Below, piece after piece: positions 1-12,813 of a stretch of DNA of 64,000 bases. The translations under genes and the position numbers were made by a program. Each line of letters opens with the position of its first letter. Within the stretch, counting starts at the first letter, position 1. The stretch is taken from the NCBI GenBank assembly GCA_964016885.1, contig OZ024747.1, positions 83,576,001 to 83,640,000 of the forward strand, read 5' to 3'. The DNA is from Eledone cirrhosa. Taxonomy: Eukaryota. Below the pieces are notes generated by a model. It did not search any database and was not told the origin of the DNA. It saw nothing but the letters and a program-made list of their open reading frames with translations.

Positions 1-243
1 CTCCCTTGTTCTCAATAACGGTATCTCCACTGTATTAAAATTAAATATAGTGGGCTATCAGCTTATTTCGTAATTTTGTCTTGATACCCAATGAGAGGCT
101 TGTTTTATAACAGCTCCTCCTCTACACAGTGGTAGCCATAACTGGACCCCGAAACCTAAGGTTGTGTATAGATGTTAAGTGTATTAAATTTTAAATGCGT
201 GTATGTGCACGTGTGTGCATGCGTGTGTGTGTGTGTATATATA

Positions 244-470
244 TAAAAGGTAAACAGAAATAACAACACAATCGGTACAGTATATGGAAGGGATATATTA
301 AGTTAATGCTTGATATAGCAGGAAGAGGGTCTTAACGTTTCGGACGCTAGTCCTTCATCAGAAGAAAGAATGAGAAATAAGATAGATTGAGGAGACGGGC
401 AGGTTGGAATTGGAAAAAATGTCTTTAGATAAAAATAACAGGTCCATTCATGTTGACATCTCTTGCAAAA
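244..470 (-). mobile_element. Probable Penelope-like element terminal (pLTR) fragment
   Basis: Non-coding block next to a (TA)n/(TG)n tract that carries the minimal hammerhead. Family assignment is inferred from the known hammerhead-PLE association. Confidence 0.4.
327..366 (-). ncRNA. Minimal type I hammerhead ribozyme motif (Penelope-like-element associated)
   Basis: Minus strand reads ucuu-CUGAUGA-a-GGAC-uagc-GUCC-GAAAC-GUU-aaga. It has both catalytic boxes, a 4-bp stem II, a palindromic ACGU stem III, an NUH triplet (GUU) and stem I ucuu/aaga. Confidence 0.7.
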
Positions 471-1009
471 CTGTTGGTGCTGGTGTTTTGTGTATCATTT
501 ATTTTTTAGAATATATTTATATCTGAGTGTGTGTTTGTGTATGTATGTACTTGTGCGTGTGTGTCTATATGTATGTCATCTAATTGTCCACTTTTCCATG
601 CTGGCATGGGTTGGACAGTCTGTTTTGAGGCAATGTTTTACAGTTTGATGCCTTTCCTGACACCAAACCTTTTAGATTCCTCTTATGACAGGGGTTTATC
701 TATTCTACACCCTCCCCCAACACACAACTACACAGTTTTGATGAATGATTGTGAGTAAAATGTGAGGGAGGGTTAGAATGGATTGTGTAACAATGTCCTC
801 CATAGTTGGAGAGCTGACAAGAAGGGGAGGGCACTACAGAGAGGAGGATGACGTATGAAGTGTGTAAGGCACATGAGCAGATTAAAGCAATCTGTTGAAG
901 AGGTAGAGATACTCTATAAAATGTATGTGTGTGTGTTGTTTACAGTTACCTCCTTAATCTTCCCCCAAGTTCTTGGAAAGAATCCAGTTAAAGATAGGGA
1001 AGGTAGTAT

Positions 1010-1141
1010 TGAAGGAATGGGGGCAAATAGTGGGGTGTTGATGTCTCTCTTACGGGGTGGGGGTGGGGGAGGCTTTGTCTTTTTTACATTATTATTATTA
1101 TAATGTTTTTCTTGATGTCAGCCCTTGTGGCCAATAAAGAA

Positions 1142-1173
<32 letters not shown>
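1010..1173 (+). mobile_element. 3' end of a non-LTR retroelement with (ATT)n tail
   Basis: Ends taatgtttttcttgatgtcagcccttgtggccaataaagaa-(att)n. The same terminus recurs at ~15207-15250, ~19790-19850 (minus) and ~52100-52120. Confidence 0.55.
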
Positions 1174-1176
<3 letters not shown>

Positions 1177-1629
1177 AAGACCAATACATATCTCACAATG
1201 CTTCTAACTATACTACATCATCATCACTAACTATACTACATCATCACCATCATCACTAACTATACTACATCATCATCACCATCATCATCATCATCATCAT
1301 TATTCTGAGTATTTTGTTTTATGTTCTTTGTTTTTGGAACTTTTGAGGACTGGATTTAATTACAAATGTTTCTACTAACCTTTACCCAAAGGATATTTTA
1401 TCAGTGTGGGGTGTAAAGTAGAAAGAGTTTATACATTGTTGTTTGTTTGTTTGTCTGTCTGTCTGTCTGGTTGTTTGTTTAAAGGAAACTGTTTGTTATT
1501 TGTTTATTTTTCTACATTACTGAGGGTGGGAGGGAGGGATGAAGGAAAGAAACGAAATGTGGGAGGAAAAGAAAGGTGGGTTGGTTGGTGGGGAATATAT
1601 ATATAGAATTTTGAAATTGTAAACATAAT

Positions 1630-2117
1630 TTCACTATCACTATTATTGACACTACTACCACTGACACTACTACTACCACCACTACCACTGACACTACTAC
1701 CACCACTACCACTGACACTACTACCACTACCACCATTGACACTACTACTACTACCACCACTGACACTGCTACTACCAACACTATCACTGACACTACTACT
1801 ACTACTACCACCACCACTGACACTACTACTACCACCACCACCACTGATACAACCACCACCGCCACCATTGACACTACCACCACCACCACCACCATTGGCA
1901 CTACTACCACCACCACCACCACCACCACCACCATTGACACTACCACCACCACCACCACTGACACTACTACCCCATCACCATTGACACTACTACCCCATCA
2001 CCATTGACACTACCACCACCACTACCACCATTGACACTACTACCACCACCACCATGACACTACCACCACTATAATTGACACTAGTACTACCACCAACACA
2101 ATAATAACAACAACAAC
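1630..2117. repeat. Compound (CCA/CTA)n minisatellite punctuated by TGACACTA
   Basis: Repeated unit [c/t]tgacactac(tac)n(cac)n; explains the poly-Val and poly-Pro ORFs. Confidence 0.9.
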
Positions 2118-2119
2118 TT

Positions 2120-2307
2120 TTAACCTTTTCATTACCATATTCCAAATGAAAGACTACCTATATAATTTTCAAGTAATTTTAAAAAAATTCAAAATTTGGA
2201 GAGATGTAGTAATACTTTATCATTATTAAATTATTAAACACTTTAAAATAAACTTTGTATTGTAGAACCAGGGGAGGTTTCAGGCAGTTTGGTATCAAAT
2301 GGGTTAA
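2120..2307. mobile_element. piggyBac-type MITE family 1 (TTAA-flanked); one of about 20 full or partial copies
   Basis: Termini ttaacc(c)ttt(t/c)...tacc and ggta...aaagggttaa. Other copies near 4920-5183, 9734-9960, 10120-10363, 24660-24853, 25330-25577, 26930-27133, 27776-27978, 32877-33112, 42687-42942, 43005-43257, 43417-43690, 58056-58580, 60143-60353, 61992-62210, 63470-63676. Confidence 0.75.
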
Positions 2308-3019
2308 CTTTATAGCACAAAGATGTTGGCATCTCTTTATTTATGCCTACTGAAGAAACCTGCAATGCTTTTGTGATTCAAGAATTTGAAACAATTTAAT
2401 GATATAACTTTCTCATTAGAAAATTTGGAACATAACTTAATAGAGGTTCTTATGATGGAATTTTTATTAGATAAATATAAACACTTTAAATAAAATAGCT
2501 TATTATAATAGAACCAAGTGTAGTTTCAATCAGCTTGGTATCATATGGGCTAACACAAACACACACTCACACAAAGAAATAAACACACACACTGCCTCCC
2601 TCCCTCCCTTTCTCCCCCTCTCTCTTGCAGGTTTCCTGACTTTCTGTGTGGTTGCCATTACTTTGAAATCTGTAAATAATCAACGGAAATATCAAAAGAA
2701 AAAACAGAAAATTTATAAGTGAAGCTAATCTAGGAGATTTGGGTGTTTTGTAGAGAGGAAATAACCAAGTTTAAGGATAACCGGAAAAAGGGGAGAGAAG
2801 GATGACACTGTTTATAGATTTATACAATTGTAGAAAAAACAGATGCTAAAAACATTGATAGCAGTGTAGATAATGATTATATAATTATATAAAATTCTAG
2901 ACATTAAATCATCACTGATGTTCAAATACATATGCTGGATGTATATGAATTTTTATATGAATGTGTATACATGCATATATGTGTTTGTGCATGTGTGATT
3001 GTATATGTATAGTGCATAT

Positions 3020-3245
3020 GATGTTTCTTGGCTGAAGAAATGGCAGAAGTTCCAAGTGAAAGGAAGATATGGAAGAAGAAAAGCAAGAAAAACATTAGCA
3101 GAGGTAGTAAAAGCTAATCTCAAGAAACTACACCTAATAATAGAGTTGACAAAGGAAAGAATCAAGTGGAGAGATGCTGTATTGAAGAGGAGTCGTTCAT
3201 CCCATGCAGGCATGGAAAAATTAATGTAAAAACATTGATAGTGAT
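3020..3245 (+). mobile_element. Decayed 3' fragment of an RTE LINE
   Basis: Translation GRYGRRKARKTLAEVVKANL...KWRDAVLKRSR aligns with the C-terminus of the 38054-39514 ORF (GRRSRGRPRKTWAEVVKTDL...EWRDAVLNKTR). Confidence 0.8.
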
Positions 3246-3305
3246 ATTTGAATGTTAGTGAGTGTTTGTCATCATCATCATCATAATCATAATCATCACC
3301 ACCAC

Positions 3306-3515
3306 CATCATCATCATTTAACGTCCATTTTCCATGCTTGCATAGGTTAGACGGGTTATCCCATTAGAAGCAAGTTTGGTCAGGTGACCGTCTCTTGCTC
3401 ATATACAACTGTTTCTGACTAGGTTTCTATGACTGGATACCGCTTTTAACACCAACCACTTTACAGTGTGGGCTGGATGGTTTTTGCTGTGATACCAACA
3501 TAACTTTACAGTGTA
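3306..3515 (-). mobile_element. RTE 3'UTR/tail fragment with (GAT)n tail
   Basis: Matches 21342-21515 (tttaacgtccattttcca.gct.gcat; ggtc.ggtgaccgt.tct.gctcatata). Confidence 0.75.
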
Positions 3516-3903
3516 AGGGTGGTGTGTATGTGTACATATCATTATCAAATCCATTGTATTCTCAAATATATAACTGAATACATCAAGGCATTTTGTTGAA
3601 CACTCAATTGATCCTGTCAATCCACCTCATACTTATGAATAGTAATGTGTGTATAATGAGTAGGTGGGTAGATATGTAACATTACAGGTACTGAGATCTA
3701 AATATTTTATGTAGAATTTGATAGCTTTGAGGTAGTATATTTTGAAATGTAATTATCTAGTAAAATACTTCCATTGATATGAAGGATATGAAATATTGTA
3801 AATCATAGTTTAGTGGATTTTCTTTCAAACCACATCCGTTACATCAATGAGTATTTTCTGCCAGTGGAAATTTTAAAATTGCTTTCTATAAAAAATGAAA
3901 TCC

Positions 3904-4112
3904 AATAATAATAATAATAATAATAATAATTGTTTCTACTTTTGGCACAAGGCCAGCAATTACCCAGTGCATTACTGGTACTTTATTTTATCAACGCCGT
4001 AAAGATGAAAGGCAAAGTTAACCTCGGCGGGATTTGAACTCAGAATGGCAAGGGCCATAACTCTATGCGTCAAAGGATGGTGTCAGACCCTCTACCGATA
4101 CTGCCAATCCAC
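3904..4112 (-). mobile_element. tRNA-derived SINE family A (Meta-domain-like), (ATT)n tail
   Basis: Reverse complement has the B-box gagttcaaatccc, the core ctttgcctttcat...gataaaataaagtaccag and the tail ggccttgtgccaaaagtagaaacaatt. Copies near 13705-13900, 20000-20182, 25660-25856, 26505-26760, 29358-29497, 48153-48326, 51703-51880, 53026-53180, 59017-59180, 60592-60778, 61418-61580. Confidence 0.85.
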
Positions 4113-4118
4113 CTTATC

Positions 4119-4149
<31 letters not shown>

Positions 4150-6735
4150 TAATAATAATAATTATTTCTACTTTAGGCACAAGGCCAGTAATTTTGGGGG
4201 GAGGGGAAAGTCGATTAAATCAACCCCAGTGCATTACTAGTACATTATCTTTTCATTGATTTGAGATCTGCTCTCACCACCTCTGCCCTGGTCTTGTTCT
4301 ACCTTTACTGTGTTTTTTTTTAAATGTTCATATCTTCATCATTGCTTTTACAATCATTGCTTTTACATTGACTCTTCTCTGCTGGCATGAGTTGGATGGG
4401 ACATTTTGAAGTAATGTTTTACAGCTGGATGCCCTTCCTGACACCAACCCATTTAGTTTCTTCTTATGACATACTGGGATACAGTGTACATATTCTAAAT
4501 GGTATACATGATTTCTTGTAAAATGCTTTAAGCTTTGCTGTAGATATCAGTTTAATAATGAGAAACTTATTTAAGTTACTAAAACCTTCCAGGTTTTTGA
4601 TTATTTTTGAAATTAATTGAAACATATAGACAGTATATTTCATTAGAAATATGATAACAGAAGAGTTAATGTTTTCTAACATCATTTCTTCCTCCTTTGC
4701 ACAGCTGTCTGTTATCTCAACCTCTCTATCATATGTTGGCCTCCCTGAAGACAGAGCACAGTTATTTTCTTTGTTTTGTTGCTATATGTACTAGTTTCTC
4801 TTTAATCTTTAAGATATGTGTGAAGTCTTGCAGTAGATATTTTATAATAGTTTTCTATATACAGATGACCCCGACCACACTCCTACCTGCCCGTGTTTGT
4901 TAGAATTATAAATTTTTTGTGTCAGCTTTTCAAACTGCCTGAAACTGCTCCTGGTTCTATAATACTAAGCTATTTGTTTTTAAGTTTTTATATTTATCTA
5001 AAAACCTCCCATCATAATTCTATTTGAGAAGCTTTAAGTTATATTATAAACACCAGCTTAATAAAAATAATCAGTTGGTTATTAAATCCTTCCAAATTCT
5101 TGATAATTTTCAAAATGATTTATAAATATGGTAATGTTGGCCTCCCTGAAAACATTATTATAAATATGGTAATGAAAGGGTTAAAAGTTGTTGTTATAGG
5201 ATTGGGTGGTTGATGGTAAAATCAGTAGAGCAACAAACAAACTAAATACCTACACACTGGTACTTAACTGTCTTTATTTTGAGTTCAAATCCAACCATAG
5301 TTGATTTTTGCCTTCTATGTTTTCACTTAAGTACTGGCACTAATTCAATCAATTATATCCATTTATGAACAGTATTTGAAACATAGTCATACAAATTAGT
5401 ATGCAAATTAAAATAATTATTTGTCCTATATTTTTATTTATTTATTAACATTGATTAATATCTTGCAATTTAGTAGTTTCACAAATAGTGATCGATGAAA
5501 TAAATATTAGACTTTGATTACTGGTGCCAATATAATCAACCAAACCTTTGAAGATAGTAAAAGATTAAAAGAATGTCCCAAGATGTTATTCTAGATATTG
5601 GTGGTTATTTATGTGTCTATTGCTAAATTAATATTTAACACAAAATTAGTTTATAACATTCAAAAGAGATTCGATTCCAATATCTTGAGTGTCAAAGGAA
5701 TTGAAGTTCCTGATGGAACATTTTTTTTGACAATTTCCAGTTTAAGATTATTTTGTATTTTCCTACTTTTTATCTAAGTCTAATCCACGATAGAAGAAAT
5801 GGGATCCGAAAAGAAGTAGCTGCCGAAGCAAAGAAATCCTATTGCGCTGTACTCATTCAGGTCAGCAGCTCTTAACCTGGTAGTCACTTTTGAGGGCTAA
5901 GCATTGCTGCACACGTTTGTGGAAAATTTCAATTTTAACAGCATCAGTTTGTCTGCCAATTACTTCACATCCATTTTGCAGTCATTTAAGAATAGCAGCT
6001 GTCATTTTGCCAGTCAGACAATATAAATTTTATTGTATCTACCAGTCCATGCACACACACACAGGTGTGTGTGTACGTGTGTGGTGCAAGGTCAGCAATC
6101 AAAAATGGTCAAAACAAATAAAACAAACGTGGAGAACAAATTATGATAAATGTTATCATTTTAACACTTTTATATTCGAATAACTTCTGTTATTGTTGCA
6201 AATATGTATTTCTGTGGCTGATTAATTTATGTCATCAGATATGGAAGCAAGCTGTACTAGTGATAACATAGTTCAGCTGCCTCTATATCATTAATTCTTA
6301 GTTTTTCTGTGCCTCAGTAAGGATTACTTAACTAAATCCATTATGTTCATCCCAGTTGATGATGATGATCATCATCATCTTCGTTTAACATCTATCTTTC
6401 ATGCTAGCATGGGTTAGACGTCCATATATTATATTATTGATGCTCTGAACAGATGTTTATTGAGCTTTTTACTGAGAAAAATTAACAATATATGTTATAT
6501 ATTTATTGATTAAACCTAAAATTAATATATGTATCATCATCACCATTTTAGGTCCGTTCTTCCATGCTAGCATGGGTTAGATGGGTTCTACACGTCCACT
6601 TTACAGTGTGGGCTGGGTGCTTTTTTGCCTTGGCACCTCCATGACCACTTTGCAGTGGCAGGGGGCGGAGGCATATTGTCTATATGCTTCAGCTTCGGCT
6701 TGTACCCATGGGAAGTCAGGTATTCTGTATTACTG

Positions 6736-6774
<39 letters not shown>

Positions 6775-7689
6775 CAAAATTTGTTTTCATTCTCACATAG
6801 CGGATACATGAAAGTATTCATGAGTTTTATTTCGAATTGTAATAATATTATTAATATTGCAAGCAAACAGCCTCATAATGCTGTGTTTTAGACGACTATC
6901 ATCATCCTTTTGTTCTAATGGTAGCAGAGAGAAACTATTGACAATTGTAAAGATTTTTATGACTACTCACTAAACATTTGTAGTAGATTTATCGTGTTTT
7001 ACCAGGTTAAGAACCAAAGCTTTACTGATGGTAGAAGAATCTTTATATGTGTCTGGATTACAAATGTTAGACTAGGAAAATGTAATATATGGAGTATAAT
7101 TGTTTTGCTTTTATTAGATTTGTTATATAAAATATACTAAAACTGGTATTGAAGTTTTGAAACTGTTATTATTGTTATTCTTTTTAAAATAGTAAACAAA
7201 AACATACAGAGCAAAATGGAGGGCTTCAAAGAATTTGTATGTGAAACACCACAACAAAGAACTGTCAGACTCACCTATTTGATACACAGAAACAAATCCA
7301 TATGACATAGAAATGTTTTGCAAGTGGTTGATGTTAGGAAGAGCATCCTACTGTAGAAACCAAACAATACAAAGTGTTGAAAGGATTCTTCGGTTGTGTC
7401 AAGGACAAAAGAACTTCCCTATTGCCTCTGCCATGATAAGATACACCCAGTTATTCTTTGTAAACTGGTTGGTAATAGAAAGTGCATATAGCTCTGGAAA
7501 CCATGCCAAAACTGGAATGTGTGTAAGTTGGATGTGGCCCCAAGTTGGATGTGGCTCTGATTAAGTACTGGCTTGACCTGTGATAACCTATTCAAATTAT
7601 GCCAGCATAGAAAAACGTGTTACATGATGATAATGAGCAAAAACTATTTAGAGAAACCTTCCAAGGAACCCTCTGTTCTGTTAGGAAGA

Positions 7690-8130
7690 CCAGATAGATG
7701 GCTCATTCCTTTTCAGAGCAGCCTGCAGAGCTTACATGTGTGGTCACCCATCATCAGGTATGTCTTTCCATAGTGTATCTCATTAATAGAACTGTAGCCT
7801 CGGGTCAGACAAGGACCAAGTCTGAATGCCTTGTATCTGGAATGTTGTGAAATGTCCACAGCCATTTATCAGCTGGACTCTACATCTTCATCATTGACTT
7901 TTTATAGAGAACAGGTATTCACAACATTTTCAAAGAAACTCTAGACATTAATGAGCATCAACTAGCTAGTTTTTCAGTCATATAGTAGATATAGAGAGTC
8001 CAGCTTCTTAGCCACCTCTGTTGCTATCAGCCATGTTTCACTGCCATTCAGAAAAAAACAACTGCTGGCAAAACATTTTGTGCCTTGAAGTCCGAGATGA
8101 GACCTACATTTAGATATTTCACTGTTTGCA
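7690..8130 (-). mobile_element. Decayed LINE (RT C-terminal) fragment
   Basis: GSETWLIATEVAKKLDSLY motif, homologous to HGSETW...RRLE of RTE elements. Confidence 0.6.
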
Positions 8131-8166
8131 GATTTCTCAAATAGCTCAGAAAAGTGCTCAGATAAC

Positions 8167-8216
<50 letters not shown>

Positions 8217-8219
8217 CAC

Positions 8220-8585
8220 TTTGCAAGCATGTGGTTTTGGGTTCAGTCCCACTGCACAGCACCTTGGGCAAATATCTTCTAGTTGAGCATTATGCTGACA
8301 AATGCCTTTTGAATGAAATTTTGTAGATAGAATCTGTGAAGAGGATCTCTCTGTCTCTCTCTCTCTCTCTGTGCATGTATCTGTATAGATATACACACAC
8401 ACAGCCGTGTGCATGTGTGTGTTTAAGTTTACTGCTTGTTTATATCCTGCAACAAAAAAAATTTCCAAGAAGTAAAAACCAGGCTTGAAAAAAACAAAGT
8501 AAGTATTGGAGTGAATATGATCAACCAAATCCCCTGGAGACTATACCCCAGCATGTAGTCTAATGATTGAAACAACTATACAACA
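8220..8585 (+). mobile_element. tRNA-derived CORE-type SINE family C (decayed)
   Basis: gggttcagtcccactg...caccttgggcaa CORE-like start; similar sequences at ~17040-17360 and on the minus strand at ~20945-21200 and ~36200-36320. Confidence 0.55.
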
Positions 8586-9524
8586 AAACAAGCTGTGTGT
8601 TTTGTATCTTGCTTTATGTTTTGTCACATATCAGTGAGCATGACTTATAATTAAGAACTGCAATCTAATGTAATGCAGTGCAGTACAGCAGCTGCAATTA
8701 CTTGTACTGCTGATAGATATTGACTGTAAGACTAGAACAAGAAGAAGAATAGTTTGTGTTATGTAATATGTACAGCTGCTGTTAACCCAATACTTTCATT
8801 CACCACTGTATTCATCTTTGAATCAGTGTCATTTAGAAATAGGAATTTAGTAATCAATTAACCCTTTTGATGCTGGTATGGTATGGTCTTGTAACTCTTG
8901 AGGAAGTTGTAGGGGCGCCGTATTGACAGACAGACAGCATTTCAAGCCTGGCAGAACCCAACCCTCTCTCTCTACATTTCTATCTATTTTTATTCATTCA
9001 TGTCTCTCTCTCTCTCTGTATATATATATATACCCTTTCTCTATATCTATCTACCTACCCACCTAGTTATCTACCTATCTATTTACTTATCTACACCTAC
9101 CTCCTATCCCTCCCTCTCATTAAAGCCAGCCTAGTTCCTTAACCCATTTCTGTGAAATAAGCAACAAGCTTGCACATTTCCCGCTGAGGGAAGGTTGTGA
9201 TTCAAACATCTGTCGTGTATCATTCAACTGAAGCTGAACCTACTATAAAAACAAATCTATTGAGTCAGTGACTCAAGCTTTATTTAAGCTTAAAGATGGC
9301 ACCCACTGATTGTCCCTGGAAAAATTACATGGCTTATGCTGTTTTCACTAGCTCTTGAAACCTCTCTTTGGAGTTTATTATTTCATCCTTTATCAAGTCT
9401 ATGGTACATACTGGTGGATGGCTGTTAACTATTGCAGAGTTTCCAACTGAATACACAGAATGACTCTTTCACTTTTAAAAATGGGTTGGTCTGATAAAAC
9501 ATCTGGTTTTAAGGGGTATTAAGC

Positions 9525-9555
<31 letters not shown>

Positions 9556-10903
9556 TAATGTTTGTATTTAGATGAGTCAAACAGTTTTTTGTTTAGTTTC
9601 ATTTAAGAAATGAAATTTCACCTTTACTAAAGTTTTAAGAAAGCCATCTGGTGAAAATCACCCAGAAAGATTCTGATGAGTTTTTATTCACACATTGTTG
9701 AAAGAGTTTTTACTTACATAATAGTTGATAATGTAACCCTTTTGATACTAAGCCAAACTACCCTTGGTCCTATGATACATTACTGTTTGATTTAAAATAT
9801 ATTTATCTAAAATACCTTCCACTTCCATCATCATTTTTATATAAGAATCTAAGTTATATTACAGCTTAATGATGTGAAAATTAGTTATATTACTAAGGCC
9901 TTCCAAATTTTGGATTATTTTAAAACTTACATTCAAGTCATAAGCAGTGTCTTTCATTACAAATATAGCAACAAAAGGATTGGATCAATTGCTATGTTGA
10001 CCAAGAAAAACATGGAAATGAAAGCCAGAGAGTTGGTGAGGGGGAATGCAGAGGGATAGAGCAAAATGGAGAATCCTATCATGGGTCTGGCAAGAAAAAC
10101 CCTGCTTTAATAGCGAAAATGGTTTCAACATTTTTCATATTAAACCACCTGAAATCACCCCTGTTCCTACAATACAAAGCTGTTTATTTTGAAGAGTATG
10201 TTTTTATCTAAAGACCTTCCATCATAATCTAAAGTAGGAACATTTATTAAGTTCTAAATACTAGATTAATAATGAGAAAGTTAGCCAAATTCTTGATTAT
10301 TTCCAAAATTATTTGAAAATCATAGACAGTGTCTGTCTTTAGACATATGGTAACAAAGGTTTAATGTTGCGTACATGCTTTTTCATTGCGGACCAACTGC
10401 TGATAGTTATTGCTGGTTCTCAAAACATGTTTTAAGACATGACATAAGTTTAACATAACATAAAACTGTTGCATTTTTTAAATTTTTTTTAGTACATCCA
10501 GTCTCTAGTAGCAACTTGTAGCTTTTTCAGAGATCTTTGATAAAAAAAAAAAAAAGGAAAGGAGAAAAAAATAAGTCCTTCTGAACAAAACACCAGTTTC
10601 AGTCATGTTTTCACAGTTTGACTTGAGTAATTTAGAATCTGATACTTTGAAGAATGTCATTAGAAATTGCATTTAGATTAGAAGTTGATTTCTTACTCTA
10701 TATATTTTTCTTGTTTATTGTAGCTATTTGATAATAAAATGTAACTGTTTCAGCTCTGACAGTTGACTAAACTGATGTGTTTTTACTATTATGCTTTCAT
10801 CATTATGTACTTTTTCTTTCATTCTTTATATTCTTTTACCATTTCTTCACATGTTTTCTTTCACATTATTTCTATTTCTATAATCTCTTTCTCTGTTGAA
10901 TAA

Positions 10904-10943
10904 TACTAATGTTTTTTCTTTCTTTATCTCTTTACAGGTAAGT
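10904..10943 (+). promoter_or_regulatory. Candidate recursive splice site (3' splice site fused to 5' splice site)
   Basis: TACTAAT branch-point-like motif (10904-10910), pyrimidine tract, TTTACAG|GTAAGT; no AG dinucleotide from 10763 to 10935. Confidence 0.6.
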
Positions 10944-11084
10944 TCATTTCAAAAAACTAAAACTTGTGTGATGTGATATTTTACTGTATTATGTAAGTAA
11001 AGTGATCTAACGTTTCCCTCCATTTTTTCATTCATAAGTCAACTAATGTATTGTTCAACCAGTTGTAACATTTGTCTCTCTTAC

Positions 11085-11830
11085 ATTGAATGGTTGTTTC
11101 TCTGAGAGGTGATTAAATAGAAAAGCCCTACAGTCATTACCTTTGTTGATTTCAGCAAAGCCTTTGATAATATTCGTTGAAGCAAAATGCACAAAATCCT
11201 GTGAGCATAAGGACATATCTACAATGCATTGATCCTCTCTGTTCTCTATGGAGCAGAAACATGGCCCTTCATGAAGACCCTGGCTTTGACAGCAGAGCCC
11301 TGATAACCATTTCCAGCAAAGAGCTGCATGTGTGCATGCATCAGCCTGCAGCCTCCCGCCTCATAGCCATCTGCTACATGCACTGGTATGGACATGTCCT
11401 CCACCTCCTGCCAGATCATCCTACCAAGGCCTTACTCTTGTTCGACACAGCTGCTGCGAGCTGGAATAGGCCTTGTGGCAAGCCTTGCACCAATTGGTTG
11501 GATGTGATTAAGGAAGATCTCAAAAGGTACGTCACCTTGGAGGATGCAGAAAGGCTGGCACGGCACCACCACCAATGGAGGCCACTGGTAGACCTGGTCA
11601 GCTCTATGTATGATGGTGCCTCTGGGATCCCTGATTTAGGATGACGCCAGTCCCATTGAGTAAGAGCAAGAAGAAAGAGGAATACTGGAAGAGCTAGCTT
11701 TAGCTATTGGAAAGACTTTCTGCAGACCAAGAAATTGTATTTTTCCAGATACTTATTGGGGTAGTACAGGAGTCCCTTTCTTGCCTTATCTGTTCACCAT
11801 AGTCTTGGACTTTGCAATGCATCTAGCAAC
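11085..11830 (+). mobile_element. Rearranged and decayed LINE RT fragments
   Basis: FVDFSKAFD at ~11141; WYGHVL...RPCGKPCTNWLDVIKEDL in ORF 11177-11644; PYLFTIVLDFAM at ~11785. Confidence 0.7.
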
Positions 11831-12647
11831 CGACAGTTGAGGCAGTCGTCACATACTGTATTGGTAAAGATAAACAGTATGAGGGTCTTCTCAGCATCAA
11901 TTTCGTATTTATTTGTACTTTGTACTTGTCGACATTCACCCAGAGTGAGTTGAACTACCTCCAACCAGTGCTTTCACAGCATTGTGAACAAAGGCTGCAC
12001 ATGACCAGCTATCAAAGACATCTGATGCAGATATTGTCAGACAGTTACGATTCTAACAATGGACACCATATGAGTGCGAACTAGGCATTAGCTAAAGATC
12101 TGACTTGATTGTGCTAACCCATGATTTTAAACTGTTCACCTCACTATCTACACCATGCTGGGAAGGTTTCTGGCATGACTGCATCATTGATGAGTTCACC
12201 TCATGGGCAGTGGAGAGTGATCAAATCAATGGAGGGCAGCAATCTAGCAACAATGATGTATTTCTGAGTTCGGGGTAAAAACCCCAATGTACAAACATAC
12301 GTAAATGTGTTGCTTTCATTGCTCATGTCTCACAGCCCTATAGAAAGATGGTTTGAAGGAATGCTGAATAGAAGTGGATTTTCATAGACAGCTAGATCTC
12401 TGACCTACATCAGAGCTCGCTTTGAAGACAGCAGAATGCAGCGAGAGCATCTTTGTCATCTGTAATACTTGAATTGGTTGACTTCTGGTATCTCATCATT
12501 GAGTACAATGGAGAACCCTTTCAGATTCTGAGATGCCAGTAGATATCTCTATCTTCATGGCAGCATGCAACTCATACACACTAAGGCATTCAATGGCTGA
12601 TTGAGCAATTTGGTGTTTGTAAAGTGTAGAAGACCAATGGATTAAGG

Positions 12648-12813
12648 CAGTGGTTCCCAAAGTGGGTTCCACAAAGAAGTGTCTGGTGTTCCATGAAAAA
12701 AGTAGAGGAGTATATTTATAATATGACCATATAGCAGTATTAGCCTTAGGGGTTCCCCTAAAAGTTTCTGAACCGAAAAGGGTTCCATGTTTGAAAAAGT
12801 TTGGGAAACCCTC
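12648..12813. mobile_element. hAT-type MITE
   Basis: Imperfect TIRs CAGTGGTTCCCAAA / TTTGGGAAACCCTC and an exact 8-bp TSD GATTAAGG (12640-12647 and 12814-12821). Confidence 0.85.

Noticed and set aside
1512-1984. Poly-Val and Pro/Leu/Thr-rich ORFs
   Set aside because: Translations of a trinucleotide minisatellite with no splice or domain support.
2600-2850. Acceptor-like ctctcttgcag at 2630 and possible exon
   Set aside because: No convincing donor or open frame downstream; the pyrimidine tract may just be a CT microsatellite. A UTR exon cannot be excluded.
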